A stretch of DNA of 64,000 nt from an uncultured virus (IMG/VR IMGVR_UViG_3300031994_000090) (lineage: Duplodnaviria; Heunggongvirae; Uroviricota; Caudoviricetes). Shown here piece after piece: positions 19,044-28,636 of this stretch. The stretch's first letter is position 1, and every line of letters starts with the position of its first letter. The position numbers were made by a program, and so were the translations under genes. The notes under the pieces were generated by a model. The model was given only the letters and a program-made list of their open reading frames with translations. It was not told where the DNA came from and did not search any database. Location of the stretch: IMG/VR virus record IMGVR_UViG_3300031994_000090; one strand, given 5' to 3'.

Positions 19044-19328
19044 TCATTCGTCCTCGGAATCGTCCTCGTTCTCCTCCAGTTCGATTCCCAGTTCGTTGGC
19101 TAAATCCTCAACGGTATTGTCACCGTAGGAATAGAACATTTCTTCGATGCCCTCCAGGTCCTCGCCGTGAGTTTCCGCGTAGAAATCCACGGCTTCACAA
19201 ACACGGCTCTCGGAAATCGCTGCGCGTTCCATCAGTTCGTTCAAGGTCTCCTCGCTCTGCGTGCGGAAGAAAAACCCACGCACGGACGGGTTCGTCCAGA
19301 GCTGTTCAAATGTAATTTCAGCTTTCAT
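19044..19328 (-). CDS. Highly acidic small protein
   Basis: C-terminus ELEENEDDSEDE. Confidence 0.65.
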   Translation of the reverse strand: MKAEITFEQLWTNPSVRGFFFRTQSEETLNELMERAAISESRVCEAVDFYAETHGEDLEGIEEMFYSYGDNTVEDLANELGIELEENEDDSEDE

Positions 19329-19397
19329 GATAGTATTTTGATTGGTTGATTCGTGACCGGAAATTCCGCCAGGAATAACCGGCCTTGTCACGGTTCG

Positions 19398-19643
19398 TTA
19401 CAGAGAGAGCATCACGGCACCGGTTCGTTTCAAGCAGCGGTCGTAATCCCGTTCGTTGTACCAGTTCAATGCGGTACGCATCGCACGGTTCGTTTCGTTC
19501 ACGGAGTTTCCCGCAGCCCGCAGTTCACGGCTCGCATCAAGCATAGCCTGAATTGCGGTTCGTCTGGCACGGTTCGTTTCCTTGATTCGTTTGACCTCAC
19601 CAGGGAAAAGCCTCTCAATAACTTTGCAGATAATCTTTTTCAT
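19398..19643 (-). CDS. Basic hypothetical protein with ETNRA repeat
   Basis: Start MKKIIC. Confidence 0.55.
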   Translation of the reverse strand: MKKIICKVIERLFPGEVKRIKETNRARRTAIQAMLDASRELRAAGNSVNETNRAMRTALNWYNERDYDRCLKRTGAVMLSL

Positions 19644-19710
19644 AATAGCAGAATTTTTGATTAAACATTTGGTGCATAGGTGGATAATCACACCCACCTA
19701 CACAATCACT

Positions 19711-19929
19711 TTAACGCATCGCATACTGCACCGGGAGATTGTTCGCCGGGGAAATCCGTTTCCCTATCTCCGCCAGGAAATTCGAGCGATACGCAGCACG
19801 TGCGGACTCGTTCGTGAACTGCCGGGAGAAAATCTCCGCAATCGTTTCGCAGTCGTTCATCAGGGCGAAATTGCGCCCGTCCTCGCTCCCAGTCTGACTG
19901 GCAACGTGGATAATGCTCGTTTTACACAT
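19711..19929 (-). CDS. Hypothetical early protein
   Basis: Start MCKTSI after motif. Confidence 0.5.
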   Translation of the reverse strand: MCKTSIIHVASQTGSEDGRNFALMNDCETIAEIFSRQFTNESARAAYRSNFLAEIGKRISPANNLPVQYAMR

Positions 19930-20317
19930 GGTTGATTTTTGATTGGTTAAGATATTTTGCAATGGTGTGCAGCGTTCAACCGCACACCACCCAGGCGAAT
20001 TTTTACAGCTCGTTCCGTTCCTGTTTTCCTCTCCCGGCATCCATATTCCAGGGCCCGTTTTGAATGTCTGTGACGACAAGCCATTTCCGCCCGTTCAATC
20101 AATCATTCACTATTTTTTGCAGTGGAGAATCATTCGCGTAAATTGCTATCCATTCACCAGCTTCCAGGATTCATTCATCCCCTCAACCGTTCACCGTTCA
20201 TCCAGGGAATCACGTTCCCCAGATTCAGGCAACCACTGCAAGCCCGTTCAAAATACGGTGCAGATTTGCGAGCGCACCAGGAACACACGAAAATAACGGC
20301 CACACAAAAATTTGTGC

Positions 20318-20352
20318 AGTCGTTCCGTTCGTTCGTTCGTTCCGTTCGTTCG
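20318..20352. repeat. GTTC/GTTCC microsatellite
   Basis: GTCGTTCCGTTCGTTCGTTCGTTCCGTTCGTTCG. Confidence 0.8.
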
Positions 20353-20515
20353 CTATTTCAAAGGGCATCGGATGCCGGGACTACTTCGCGCCCGTCCTGG
20401 ACTTATACCTATTTTTTGGGGCGTGGTGTAAATTTCACTTTGCACCACACGCAAAACAAAATGCCCGGCCAAAATAGCCGGGCAAATTGTAATATTAAGA
20501 TAGTGCCAAAAAGAT

Positions 20516-21016
20516 TTATTTTGTAGTGTTTTCTTTGTAGATTGTTTCAAGGGCTTTAATAAATGCCGGAATTTCCGAAATAGCGACATTTGCCGGGACG
20601 TCAAATTTACGTATCTTGTGGAATTTTTCGTTTTCCGATGCGCTTAAATTGTCAATCATTTTTGCGGAAACAATAGCCGGGCCAAAAGTTTTGACGGCCT
20701 CGGAAAACGGCAAAGTTTCGGAAAATGTAGCGACGGCCTCGGAATCAGTAACGGCCCGGAAATTGTTTTCTATTTCCTCGGAAACAGTCCCGGAAACAAG
20801 GGCGGAAATATAGGCGGACTGAATTTGTATTTTTTCGTCCTTTGTCAAATATGCGCCCTTTTTGGACTGTGAAACAGTGATAACGGACGGCAAATTTATG
20901 CCGTTTTCGTTATAAAATGCCGTTACTACATTAAGACGGCTATTTCCGTCTAAACTTGTAAAAGTGGCTTTTTGTGCCGTGGTGCAATACTTTGCAAAAT
21001 TTTCTATCTTATTCAT
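20516..21016 (-). CDS. Hypothetical protein, first gene of array (AT-rich)
   Basis: 166 aa ORF downstream of promoter at 21113. Confidence 0.7.
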   Translation of the reverse strand: MNKIENFAKYCTTAQKATFTSLDGNSRLNVVTAFYNENGINLPSVITVSQSKKGAYLTKDEKIQIQSAYISALVSGTVSEEIENNFRAVTDSEAVATFSETLPFSEAVKTFGPAIVSAKMIDNLSASENEKFHKIRKFDVPANVAISEIPAFIKALETIYKENTTK

Positions 21017-21112
21017 AACAAAAAAAAGGATTAAGTTAATAAAAATTTTTAATAATAGAATCAGGGCAAAGGGATGCCCGGCACTATCTTAATATGTCAA
21101 AGAACTGCAATA

Positions 21113-21143
21113 CAAATATACAAAATAATCCCGACAATACAAA
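21113..21143 (-). promoter_or_regulatory. Bacteroidota promoter heading the early array
   Basis: Minus strand TTTG-N19-TATATTTG. Confidence 0.7.
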
Positions 21144-22153
21144 CATTTTACAATATTTTTTGCACTTTTTTCGTCTTTGTAAGTGCTTGAATATCAATAA
21201 GTTAGAAAAAAATTTAATACCTTATTAGAATAATTTACATTTATAAGTTATTGATTTTCAATGAGTTACAAAGGTAGTTTTGAAAGATTCTAAACTATAT
21301 TTCCAGGAAGACCAGAACGGAAAAAATGTAACATCTTTGTTACTTTTGCCGTTTCGGTGGTACACTTTCGGAGAATGTAACAAAGTTGTTACATATCGTA
21401 AAACGATAACGGATAAAAACTTACTATTATAAGGTATTTTTGCCGTAACTACTTGAAAATCAATAAGTTAGCCACCCGGGCCCCCCGCACAGTTAAAAGG
21501 TATAGTCACCCACCCCAGACACCTAATTTTTTTTCTAAATTTTTGAAATTTTCAATTTTTCAGATTCCGCCCCTATCCCCTACGGGGATAAATAGCCCGG
21601 AAAAGGGCCTATTTTAAGCCCGGAGCCCTCCAGATGACCTCTACTGCCACCGAGGGCCTCAAACCTTCCAGAATCGCCCGGAATGGGCCAAAGCGGGGCG
21701 TTTTGCCTCCTTTCTCCCTTCCGGCTCAGCGGGAAGCATCTTCGATAGAAGCTGCATGAGAATAGCGGCGAGCGCGTACATGAAAGACAATCATCATCAA
21801 CCGAAGTTGTATCGGCCATCATGGTCCTTCCCTCATACGCGCTCACACGTACACGTGTATATCACTCTCTGGGAGTGGTGGTGGAGAAAGGGGGATTATA
21901 GGGGGATTAAGGAAGGAGATTGTAAGGGGAAACCATTAAGGGGGCAAAGGGGGATGGAGGCGGAGGCGCACCCTCGTAAACCCTGCAAGTGCATTATTTT
22001 TATTGTTTTTCGATAAAATTCAAGGTGAAAACGGCCTTGTTTTTGACTTTTCTTGACTTTTCTTTCCTTTTTTATATCAAAAATAGGATGGAATCTTGCT
22101 CCATCCTATCTGATTTTTGTGTTTGATTAACTTTTGTTTGACTTTGTTGGATT

Positions 22154-22837
22154 TTAGTGCACTTTCGCTGCTTCGTACTGTGCACGGAGGTCCGCCGGAG
22201 ACTTCTTGCCATGGTAGATGTTCTTGCTTATCCACTGGAGGCAGTCTTCTGCGGAGTGGGGGCAGTCGGTGTCGTAGAACTGCGATGATTTCTCCTCGGG
22301 GATGCCGAGGTGGATGAAGATGGAGAAGTTTTCGTCGTCCCAGTCTTCCCAGAACAGATGAAGGCCCAGGTCCGCACGGCGTTTCTTTTCTGCACGGAGG
22401 GTGTCGCGGTCGTAGTTGAGGTCTTCACGGCAAAGGACGTCAAGGTCGTAGTTCTCGTAGAGATAGTCGAGAACGAAGTCTGGAGACAGGCGCTTCCCGG
22501 GCTCGTTGTATTTTGCGACGGATGCAAGGGCGTGCTCCGTTTTGCTCCGGCATTGATACTTCGCCATCACCCAGCGCACCAGGTCCTCTATGTCCTCGCG
22601 GGCCCATCCGTCGCGGAAGCGGGCGTCGTCTGCCGCCGGAGCCTTGCTGCGGCCCATGAGCCAGTCTTCGAGTTCGCGGCGGTCGAAGAAGATTGCCTTG
22701 CCGTTGGGCTTGTTGTGCGGGATTGTCTTTGCCGACGTCAGTTTGTAGAGATAGGCGGCGGAGAAGCCGGTGTATTCAACCGCTTCCTGGAAGGTCAGTA
22801 CCGCTTTTGTGAAGATAGACTCGTTGTTACTGCTCAT
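22154..22837 (-). CDS. Excisionase-like HTH protein with C-terminal extension
   Basis: LTFQEAVEYTGFSAAYLYKLTS...KPNGKAIFFDRRELEDWL. Confidence 0.75.
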   Translation of the reverse strand: MSSNNESIFTKAVLTFQEAVEYTGFSAAYLYKLTSAKTIPHNKPNGKAIFFDRRELEDWLMGRSKAPAADDARFRDGWAREDIEDLVRWVMAKYQCRSKTEHALASVAKYNEPGKRLSPDFVLDYLYENYDLDVLCREDLNYDRDTLRAEKKRRADLGLHLFWEDWDDENFSIFIHLGIPEEKSSQFYDTDCPHSAEDCLQWISKNIYHGKKSPADLRAQYEAAKVH

Positions 22838-23021
22838 GATTCTTGTTGTTTGTTTTCCGCAAAGATATTGTGTTTAGTTGACTTTTGCAACCTTTGTTTG
22901 ACTTTGTTTTATTTTTATTGACTTTTATGGATACGAAAAACCCCTCACGTCAACAACAATAAAAAACGTGAGGGGTGCGTGAGCGAGCAGTGAGGTTCCA
23001 TTTGCCCCGTGGCCGGGCGTT

Positions 23022-23429
23022 TTACTCGCTCTTGATGTTTTCGAGTTCTTCGTGGAGTTCCTTCTCCTCCTGGAGTATCTTGTCGTCGGCCTCCTTGTCG
23101 TCGGTGGGCTTGGGTTTGCCGTAATACTCCGGATGGGCCTCGGTCTGTGCGTTTACGAGTTCGGCGTGCTTGACAAAGAACGGAACGTCGGGAACGACGC
23201 AGAGCTGTGAGAAGATGGAGGCGGCGTAGCCCTTGAGCCATCCGTCATGCTTTTCCTTGATGGCCATGGAGACGAGCATACCGACGGAGGTGTCCTTGGA
23301 GATTCGCCAGGAGACGAGCCCGGAAATATCCATGCCCTTGATATGGTTGCCTTCCTCGTGGAAGATGAAGTTGCCTACGCGATAGTCGCCTCTCTGGAGG
23401 ATGATTTTGCCTTTCTTGTCGAGTTTCAT
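23022..23429 (-). CDS. Hypothetical protein
   Basis: 135 aa, in packaging operon. Confidence 0.65.
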   Translation of the reverse strand: MKLDKKGKIILQRGDYRVGNFIFHEEGNHIKGMDISGLVSWRISKDTSVGMLVSMAIKEKHDGWLKGYAASIFSQLCVVPDVPFFVKHAELVNAQTEAHPEYYGKPKPTDDKEADDKILQEEKELHEELENIKSE

Positions 23430-23854
23430 TTCTTGATGGATTTAGGGTTGGACTTTTTTGATGCGGGGCGGGCTACGGAGGTCGCGATGCCTTCGGAGAC
23501 GGAAACAACGGTGCCGCGCTCGGTGGTGTACTTCCCGTCAGGTGCGGGGATGAGACCTTCATGGTTTTCATCGTCAACGAATACCTCCATGCCTTTCTTG
23601 AGGTCTTTGTTTCCGAGCCAGAAGAGGATGCCCTTGTCGGTGACGACGCCGTTGCCGTCCGGAGTGGAAGGGCCCTCTATGCCGATTTGTTTTTTGATAA
23701 GTTCGATGAGGGCCTTGATTTCCGTCGGATTCAGGGCGTCGATGCGGCCATAGCGGTCAGCGATGGCGATACCATCGCGGTTCTCGTCGAGGTCCTTAAG
23801 GAGCGCCTGGCACTCCTTCTGGGTCTTCGGGATGAAATTGGTAAGTTGTGACAT
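23426..23854 (-). CDS. Hypothetical protein
   Basis: 142 aa; PAPDGKYTTERGTVVSV motif. Confidence 0.6.
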   Translation of the reverse strand: MSQLTNFIPKTQKECQALLKDLDENRDGIAIADRYGRIDALNPTEIKALIELIKKQIGIEGPSTPDGNGVVTDKGILFWLGNKDLKKGMEVFVDDENHEGLIPAPDGKYTTERGTVVSVSEGIATSVARPASKKSNPKSIKK

Positions 23855-23874
23855 AATGCGTTATTTGATTTTAG

Positions 23875-24645
23875 TTAAACTTCTTCTTTCGGTTTTTTCT
23901 CCCGTTTCTTATAGTGACGCTTCGGCGGACGCCCCAGTTTCTTTCCGTTGACGGAGTATCCGGGACGCGGGACGTAGTAGTCTTTCTTGCCGGAGTCTTC
24001 CGGGGCGTCTTCCTCCGTCTGCTTCTCGGGCTCTGCGACCGCAGTGGCCTCCGGCTCGGTAATGACATGGCTGCCACGGAAAGGGCAGGTGTCGCACTCG
24101 GGGCGCGGGAGGTAGAAGTGGATGGTGGTGTCGTCCTCGCCGATACCCTGGCGGCGCTTGAGACGGTCGTACTTATCCAGGAGGTCCACGCGCTTGGGGT
24201 CCTTGGGCTCAAGTTGCGTGATGGTCTCCCACATTCTCGCGAGGATTTCCTCGTCGCCGACCGGCGCCGTTTCGCCTTGCCAGAGTTTCCTTTCCAGATA
24301 GGTGGGGTTGTTGGTTGCGCTGATACTGCTTCCCTTCTTGGCCCCGCGTCCGTCACTCTGTCCTCCGGGGGTGGGGTGGATTTTCTGGTACTCGTCAAGG
24401 ACGCATCCGCCCCGCATCTGCGCCTGGCGCTTGCGGACGAGTTTGGTAATGGCTTCGGATGTAGTGAAGGCGACAGCGGCGTGAGCGGCCTCCACCTTCT
24501 CGTCGGACTCCTTGACGAAGCCCACGGCGAGCATGGCGTCAACTGGGTCCCATCCCCACGCCATGAGTTCCGCCACGGCCAGTTGCCTGACGTCCACCTT
24601 CTCGGCCTTCGCACGGCTCTTTCTTTTTGTTGAAAAATCAATCAT
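23875..24645 (-). CDS. Hypothetical protein, possible terminase small subunit
   Basis: Start MIDFST; helical N-terminus, CxxC, basic tail; in packaging operon. Confidence 0.4.
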   Translation of the reverse strand: MIDFSTKRKSRAKAEKVDVRQLAVAELMAWGWDPVDAMLAVGFVKESDEKVEAAHAAVAFTTSEAITKLVRKRQAQMRGGCVLDEYQKIHPTPGGQSDGRGAKKGSSISATNNPTYLERKLWQGETAPVGDEEILARMWETITQLEPKDPKRVDLLDKYDRLKRRQGIGEDDTTIHFYLPRPECDTCPFRGSHVITEPEATAVAEPEKQTEEDAPEDSGKKDYYVPRPGYSVNGKKLGRPPKRHYKKREKKPKEEV

Positions 24646-25427
24646 ATTTCGTTGGTGTAAACTACATAACAACAACAGCGCGGATGGTAGGGTGGCATTC
24701 CTTCGAGGTCGTTGGCCGCGTGGAGGAATCCTACCTGCGCGTCGCAAATCTCACAAGGGAATGAGGAGCCGCGATAGACATAGTAGCCGCGCTTTCCTTC
24801 GTTGAGTCTCGCCCAGTTCTGCATCCATCCCTTTGCCACGAGTGTCGTCAGGAGGACGGAGAGGGCGGTTGCGGAGGCTATGGGGTTTCCCTTCCCGTAG
24901 TGCGGGATATTCTCAAGGCGAACCGCATCGCCTTTTCCCATGTGCTCCTTTATCCACGGATTGTCGTAAGGGCGGTCGAGGTATTGGCGGACCACGGCGA
25001 GGATTTTCCCCTGGTCCTTGATGCCTTCAAGCCCGGCGGCGGCGATAGTGGCCTCCAGTTCATAGCCCCAGCGAGAGGTGTACTCTGCGAGTCTCTGCCG
25101 GAAGGTCTTGTTCTTGTATGAGGTGGTAAGGACGGGTGCTACGAAGGGTGTGTCGTTTTCTCCATCCTTGAATGTGTCAATGGTGGCAACGTGGTCGTAG
25201 AGGGCGTCGCGCAGAAGCGCGAGGACCTGATTGACTTCCGCCAGAAGAGACGGGTTGGCAGAGAAGCGGAAACTCTCTGGGGGAATGTTGTACCGGCGGG
25301 AGATTTCCACTATCCGCCTCGCGGCGGAGAGAAGGGCTGTGTCAAGTTCTGACACAACCAGTCTCTCTGCCCGGAGACGGAGAAGAAGATAGTCCTTTGC
25401 TCTCGCTATTTCTTGCTCGGTGGGCAT
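24642..25427 (-). CDS. Head morphogenesis (SPP1 gp7/Mu F-like) protein
   Basis: CEIC...PPYHPRCCC C-terminus; follows portal. Confidence 0.75.
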   Translation of the reverse strand: MPTEQEIARAKDYLLLRLRAERLVVSELDTALLSAARRIVEISRRYNIPPESFRFSANPSLLAEVNQVLALLRDALYDHVATIDTFKDGENDTPFVAPVLTTSYKNKTFRQRLAEYTSRWGYELEATIAAAGLEGIKDQGKILAVVRQYLDRPYDNPWIKEHMGKGDAVRLENIPHYGKGNPIASATALSVLLTTLVAKGWMQNWARLNEGKRGYYVYRGSSFPCEICDAQVGFLHAANDLEGMPPYHPRCCCYVVYTNEI

Positions 25428-26926
25428 TATTCAGAGTTTTGCTGACTGAACCTCTGGGCCTCATACGCGGCAAGAATGTCGGCCTGTTCCGCGAGTTTTG
25501 CCTCTTCGGCCAGACGCTCCTTCTCGGTGGCGACGGCATAGAACCATGCACGCTCGGAAGCGGTGCGCTTGGAAATGAAGCCGTTCTGGACGCCAACAGC
25601 AAGGTCGGCCATTACGGCGCTCTCGTTTGTGTGGATATAGACCTTAATCCAGGGGCGCAGAGGAAGGTTCACGAAGTCGAGGGACTTTTTTACCTCGACG
25701 CCATATCCGAATGAGAACAGATAGACGATTTCATTGAGGGCCGGAGTGAACTCCTCGGCATCATTCATACCCTTCTCGACCGCCGGTGAATAGAGAATCT
25801 TCAAGGCCGCTGCGGGGAGGTCTCCACTTTTGAGTTCCGGGGGTGTCACGATGAAGGACTGCTCGTAGATAAGGTCGTGCAGGTCCTTGAGTTCCTTCAT
25901 GTAAGATTCACTGGCGGACTGCCCGGCGAGGTATCCAGCTTCGTCGTCCTGTCCCATGGTGATGGTCTTGATGGTGCCGTTAAAGTCGTGGTTGGCCTCC
26001 ACGTTGTCACCCTTGAGGTACATGATTGGTTCGCCAAACGCCTTGTTGTTATGGGCCATCTGGGAGAAGGAAATCTCATATTCCTCGATAGAATCCTGAG
26101 AGGGAGACCAACACGGGCCGTTTTCATTGCGATGGTATGAGATAGGAACCCGGTTCGTGAATCCGTGCGGAATCTTTCCTTTTTTAGGGTCGTCATAGAC
26201 ATATCCATCCAGGGAGTATTGGAAAGAGCCTTCTCCGAAGTACAATGTGGGCACGCTATCTTTAGGGTCCGATGATTTATGGAGCCTGTGAAGGAACTTG
26301 CGGTCCCATACCTCCATGCGCTCCACGACCGTTCCGTCCGGCAGATAGTCATTGTAGGTTCTGGCGAAAACATCGAGGCGCCCGTCGTGTCCGTAGTGTG
26401 GATAGAGCCCGTCACCCTTGAGGCGCGAAAAGACATCCCAGCCGAATTTTCCGTTTTCGATATATGCAACGAAAGCGGCGTCGCCGGTTGTCTTTACGCT
26501 CTTGGCGAACTCATAGAAGGCGTGCTCCATGTCCTTTCCCTGCCACCCGTCTCGGAATTGACGGAAGTCGGTGCTGGTTTTCTCGTCCTCCTTCTGGGCG
26601 TTTAGGTCGAACTGAATGTCGTTTCCGCAGAGGTGAACGAGGTGCTTCAGAGTGATAATCTGTTGGAAGGCGAAAGCGTAACGCGGGACTTTCTCAACGT
26701 AGGTATTGCGAGTGGTCTTTCCGGTATCGTTGCCTTCGGCGTCAAGGATGGGTTCTTCGATTTCTCTCCAGATGTCTGGATAGAACATCGGATTATGAAT
26801 GTTGTGGGCCGACGGGTAATACTGCCGGATGAAGTCGTCCTGGGTCCAATCTTTTGTTTTGAGCGGTTCTCCGGGCATAGAGGGCAGCACTTTTTGCCAG
26901 GGTCGCTTGGAAAGTAAGGTTCTCAT
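25427..26926 (-). CDS. Portal protein (SPP1 gp6-like)
   Basis: 499 aa after TerL; HLCGN, TGDAAF, SGDLPAAALKILY. Confidence 0.85.
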   Translation of the reverse strand: MRTLLSKRPWQKVLPSMPGEPLKTKDWTQDDFIRQYYPSAHNIHNPMFYPDIWREIEEPILDAEGNDTGKTTRNTYVEKVPRYAFAFQQIITLKHLVHLCGNDIQFDLNAQKEDEKTSTDFRQFRDGWQGKDMEHAFYEFAKSVKTTGDAAFVAYIENGKFGWDVFSRLKGDGLYPHYGHDGRLDVFARTYNDYLPDGTVVERMEVWDRKFLHRLHKSSDPKDSVPTLYFGEGSFQYSLDGYVYDDPKKGKIPHGFTNRVPISYHRNENGPCWSPSQDSIEEYEISFSQMAHNNKAFGEPIMYLKGDNVEANHDFNGTIKTITMGQDDEAGYLAGQSASESYMKELKDLHDLIYEQSFIVTPPELKSGDLPAAALKILYSPAVEKGMNDAEEFTPALNEIVYLFSFGYGVEVKKSLDFVNLPLRPWIKVYIHTNESAVMADLAVGVQNGFISKRTASERAWFYAVATEKERLAEEAKLAEQADILAAYEAQRFSQQNSE

Positions 26927-28542
26927 TATATGAATCTGATTGAAGTTGCTTTGCGGTAAACGGGGAGACCTTTCGGGGCGTGATGTGTTCCTTTTCCGAT
27001 TTCGAATATCATTCGCATCAGAAGGGCTTCAATGTAGTCCGGTGAGTGTCCGACAATGCTCATCATCGTCTTTTTCTTAATCAGGGAGAAGCCTTTCTCG
27101 GCGGAATCTTCTTCGGCCCGGATGGCTTTGCGCTCTTTGAGGAGAATCTGGCGGAGCGGCGTATTGGAGAAGCCCTTGCCGGAGAAGCGCATTTCGAGGA
27201 GCCTCGGCTCGATGCTCAATTCCCCGTCAATGAGTTTGTGGTAGAAGATGTATGCACACTGGCTCTTGAGGTCCTTGTACATGCCTTTGTATTTCGGGTC
27301 AACACCGGCGATGTTGTTGAAGGGTTTGGCGTGCGGGAAGAATCCACGAAAAGCCTGACCGAGACCATTGAGGTCGTAGGTGAAATGCTCTTCGAGGACG
27401 CCCCACTCTTGGAGTTTTGCCTTGACGTTCTGGAGGGTGGTCTTTGAGTCACGACGGCAGACGTAAAGGTCCTTTATGTGAAAACCCTCCCAGAGCCACA
27501 TCACGAGGGAGTCTCCACCCTCGAAGGCGACGTCGCAGGATACATATCTCGGTCCGCCTTCAATCTTTGGAGCCTCGAAGAATCGCTCCATGTCGAGGAT
27601 TTTGATGATGTCCTCGCCGGTGGACTTGTAGTTCCAGTTACCCTCAAGGTCGCGGGCACGCTGCTCGTCGGACTGCTGAGCAAGGTTTGCGAGGTAGTTG
27701 GGGTCCGAGAGCATCAGCTTGAGGTTTTCTTCCAGACCGGCACGGACAAAGGTCACGGACTTGACGAACATCCGCTTTTTGTCATAGCCGAGTTTGGCGT
27801 ATGCCTCGTTCCAGAGAGAGTCGATGATGTCTTTACACTGCTCGTACACTTCCTCCGGGGTGTTGCCCCAGTAGATAGTATCAACGCTATCTCCATCCAT
27901 GAAGCAATAGCGGATTTTGCAGTCACGTTCAGGAATCGGGAAACCGTCTGGTCCAATCCACCAGTCGATGAATTTTCTCACCCATGAATCCGGGTCCGGG
28001 TTGCACGTCCCCCAGATGCGGTTATGCAGACCGGCACCGTTTCGGTTACAAGTTGCGAGGTATTTGAACTTCTCGTATGGGATGTGGGTGATTTCGTCGA
28101 TGCCGATGTAGTTGTACTGTTTTCCCTGGAAACGCTTTTTGAAATCTTCGAGTGAGTCGCCGTAGTATGAGAAGCGTAGTTTTCCACCGGCGTTGAAGTT
28201 CCAGGTACGGTCGTCGCGGGAGCGGTTGAAGTTTCCGTACTGGGAGTACATCATCGTGGAATAGTCAATGACTTGGGTAAGGTCGTCTCGCTCATTACGG
28301 ACAATAAGTCCGGAGAAAGCGGGCTCATTGATGTCCTTTAGGCCCTCCATGACAAGCGACCAACTTTTTGAACCTCCCCTGCTTCCTCCGCCGATTACGA
28401 TGTCTGCGTATCGCGAAAGCATACGTTCTTGTGCCCCTGCTTGCGCTATGATGCGAAGGGGGTTGATGATGTCCTTATCTTTATCACGGAGCGCCTGAAC
28501 GCTTGCATAAGACAAAACAGGTATGTCCTTGGAGGATACCAC
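26926..28542 (-). CDS. terL: Terminase large subunit
   Basis: GGSRGGSKS, IDEITH, TCNPDP, CDVA, HSPDY; start taken at GTG 28542 (uncertain). Confidence 0.92.
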   Translation of the reverse strand: MVSSKDIPVLSYASVQALRDKDKDIINPLRIIAQAGAQERMLSRYADIVIGGGSRGGSKSWSLVMEGLKDINEPAFSGLIVRNERDDLTQVIDYSTMMYSQYGNFNRSRDDRTWNFNAGGKLRFSYYGDSLEDFKKRFQGKQYNYIGIDEITHIPYEKFKYLATCNRNGAGLHNRIWGTCNPDPDSWVRKFIDWWIGPDGFPIPERDCKIRYCFMDGDSVDTIYWGNTPEEVYEQCKDIIDSLWNEAYAKLGYDKKRMFVKSVTFVRAGLEENLKLMLSDPNYLANLAQQSDEQRARDLEGNWNYKSTGEDIIKILDMERFFEAPKIEGGPRYVSCDVAFEGGDSLVMWLWEGFHIKDLYVCRRDSKTTLQNVKAKLQEWGVLEEHFTYDLNGLGQAFRGFFPHAKPFNNIAGVDPKYKGMYKDLKSQCAYIFYHKLIDGELSIEPRLLEMRFSGKGFSNTPLRQILLKERKAIRAEEDSAEKGFSLIKKKTMMSIVGHSPDYIEALLMRMIFEIGKGTHHAPKGLPVYRKATSIRFI

Positions 28543-28557
28543 TTTGACTATTTTTTG

Positions 28558-28616
28558 CAAAAATATCAATTTTTCTGCAACTTTTGTTGTAATTTGTTGG
28601 AAAATTTGTATTTTTG
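28558..28616. promoter_or_regulatory. Divergent -7 promoter elements (terL leftward, capsid operon rightward)
   Basis: TATTTTTG on minus (28565-28558) and on plus (28609-28616). Confidence 0.5.
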
Positions 28617-28636
28617 CACCGAGTATAGACAGGCTT

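Larger units (their letters stand above)
10445..19990 (-). repeat. Dispersed intergenic element: hairpin + AACCAATCA + ATG, about 20 copies
   Basis: Exact GATTGGTT (+) at 11775, 12449, 12762, 13959, 14813, 15101, 15524, 16232, 16561, 17068, 17511, 17920, 18285, 18994, 19340, 19941, each beside a GC-rich inverted repeat. Confidence 0.9.

Noticed and set aside
10445..19990. CRISPR array
   Set aside because: Repeats are degenerate and separated by whole genes of 200-700 bp; no cas genes
10445..19990. Canonical integron attC sites
   Set aside because: TAAC often overlaps the stop, but the complementary GTTRRRY box is absent on the far side, and IntI identity of the recombinase cannot be shown; kept only as integron-like
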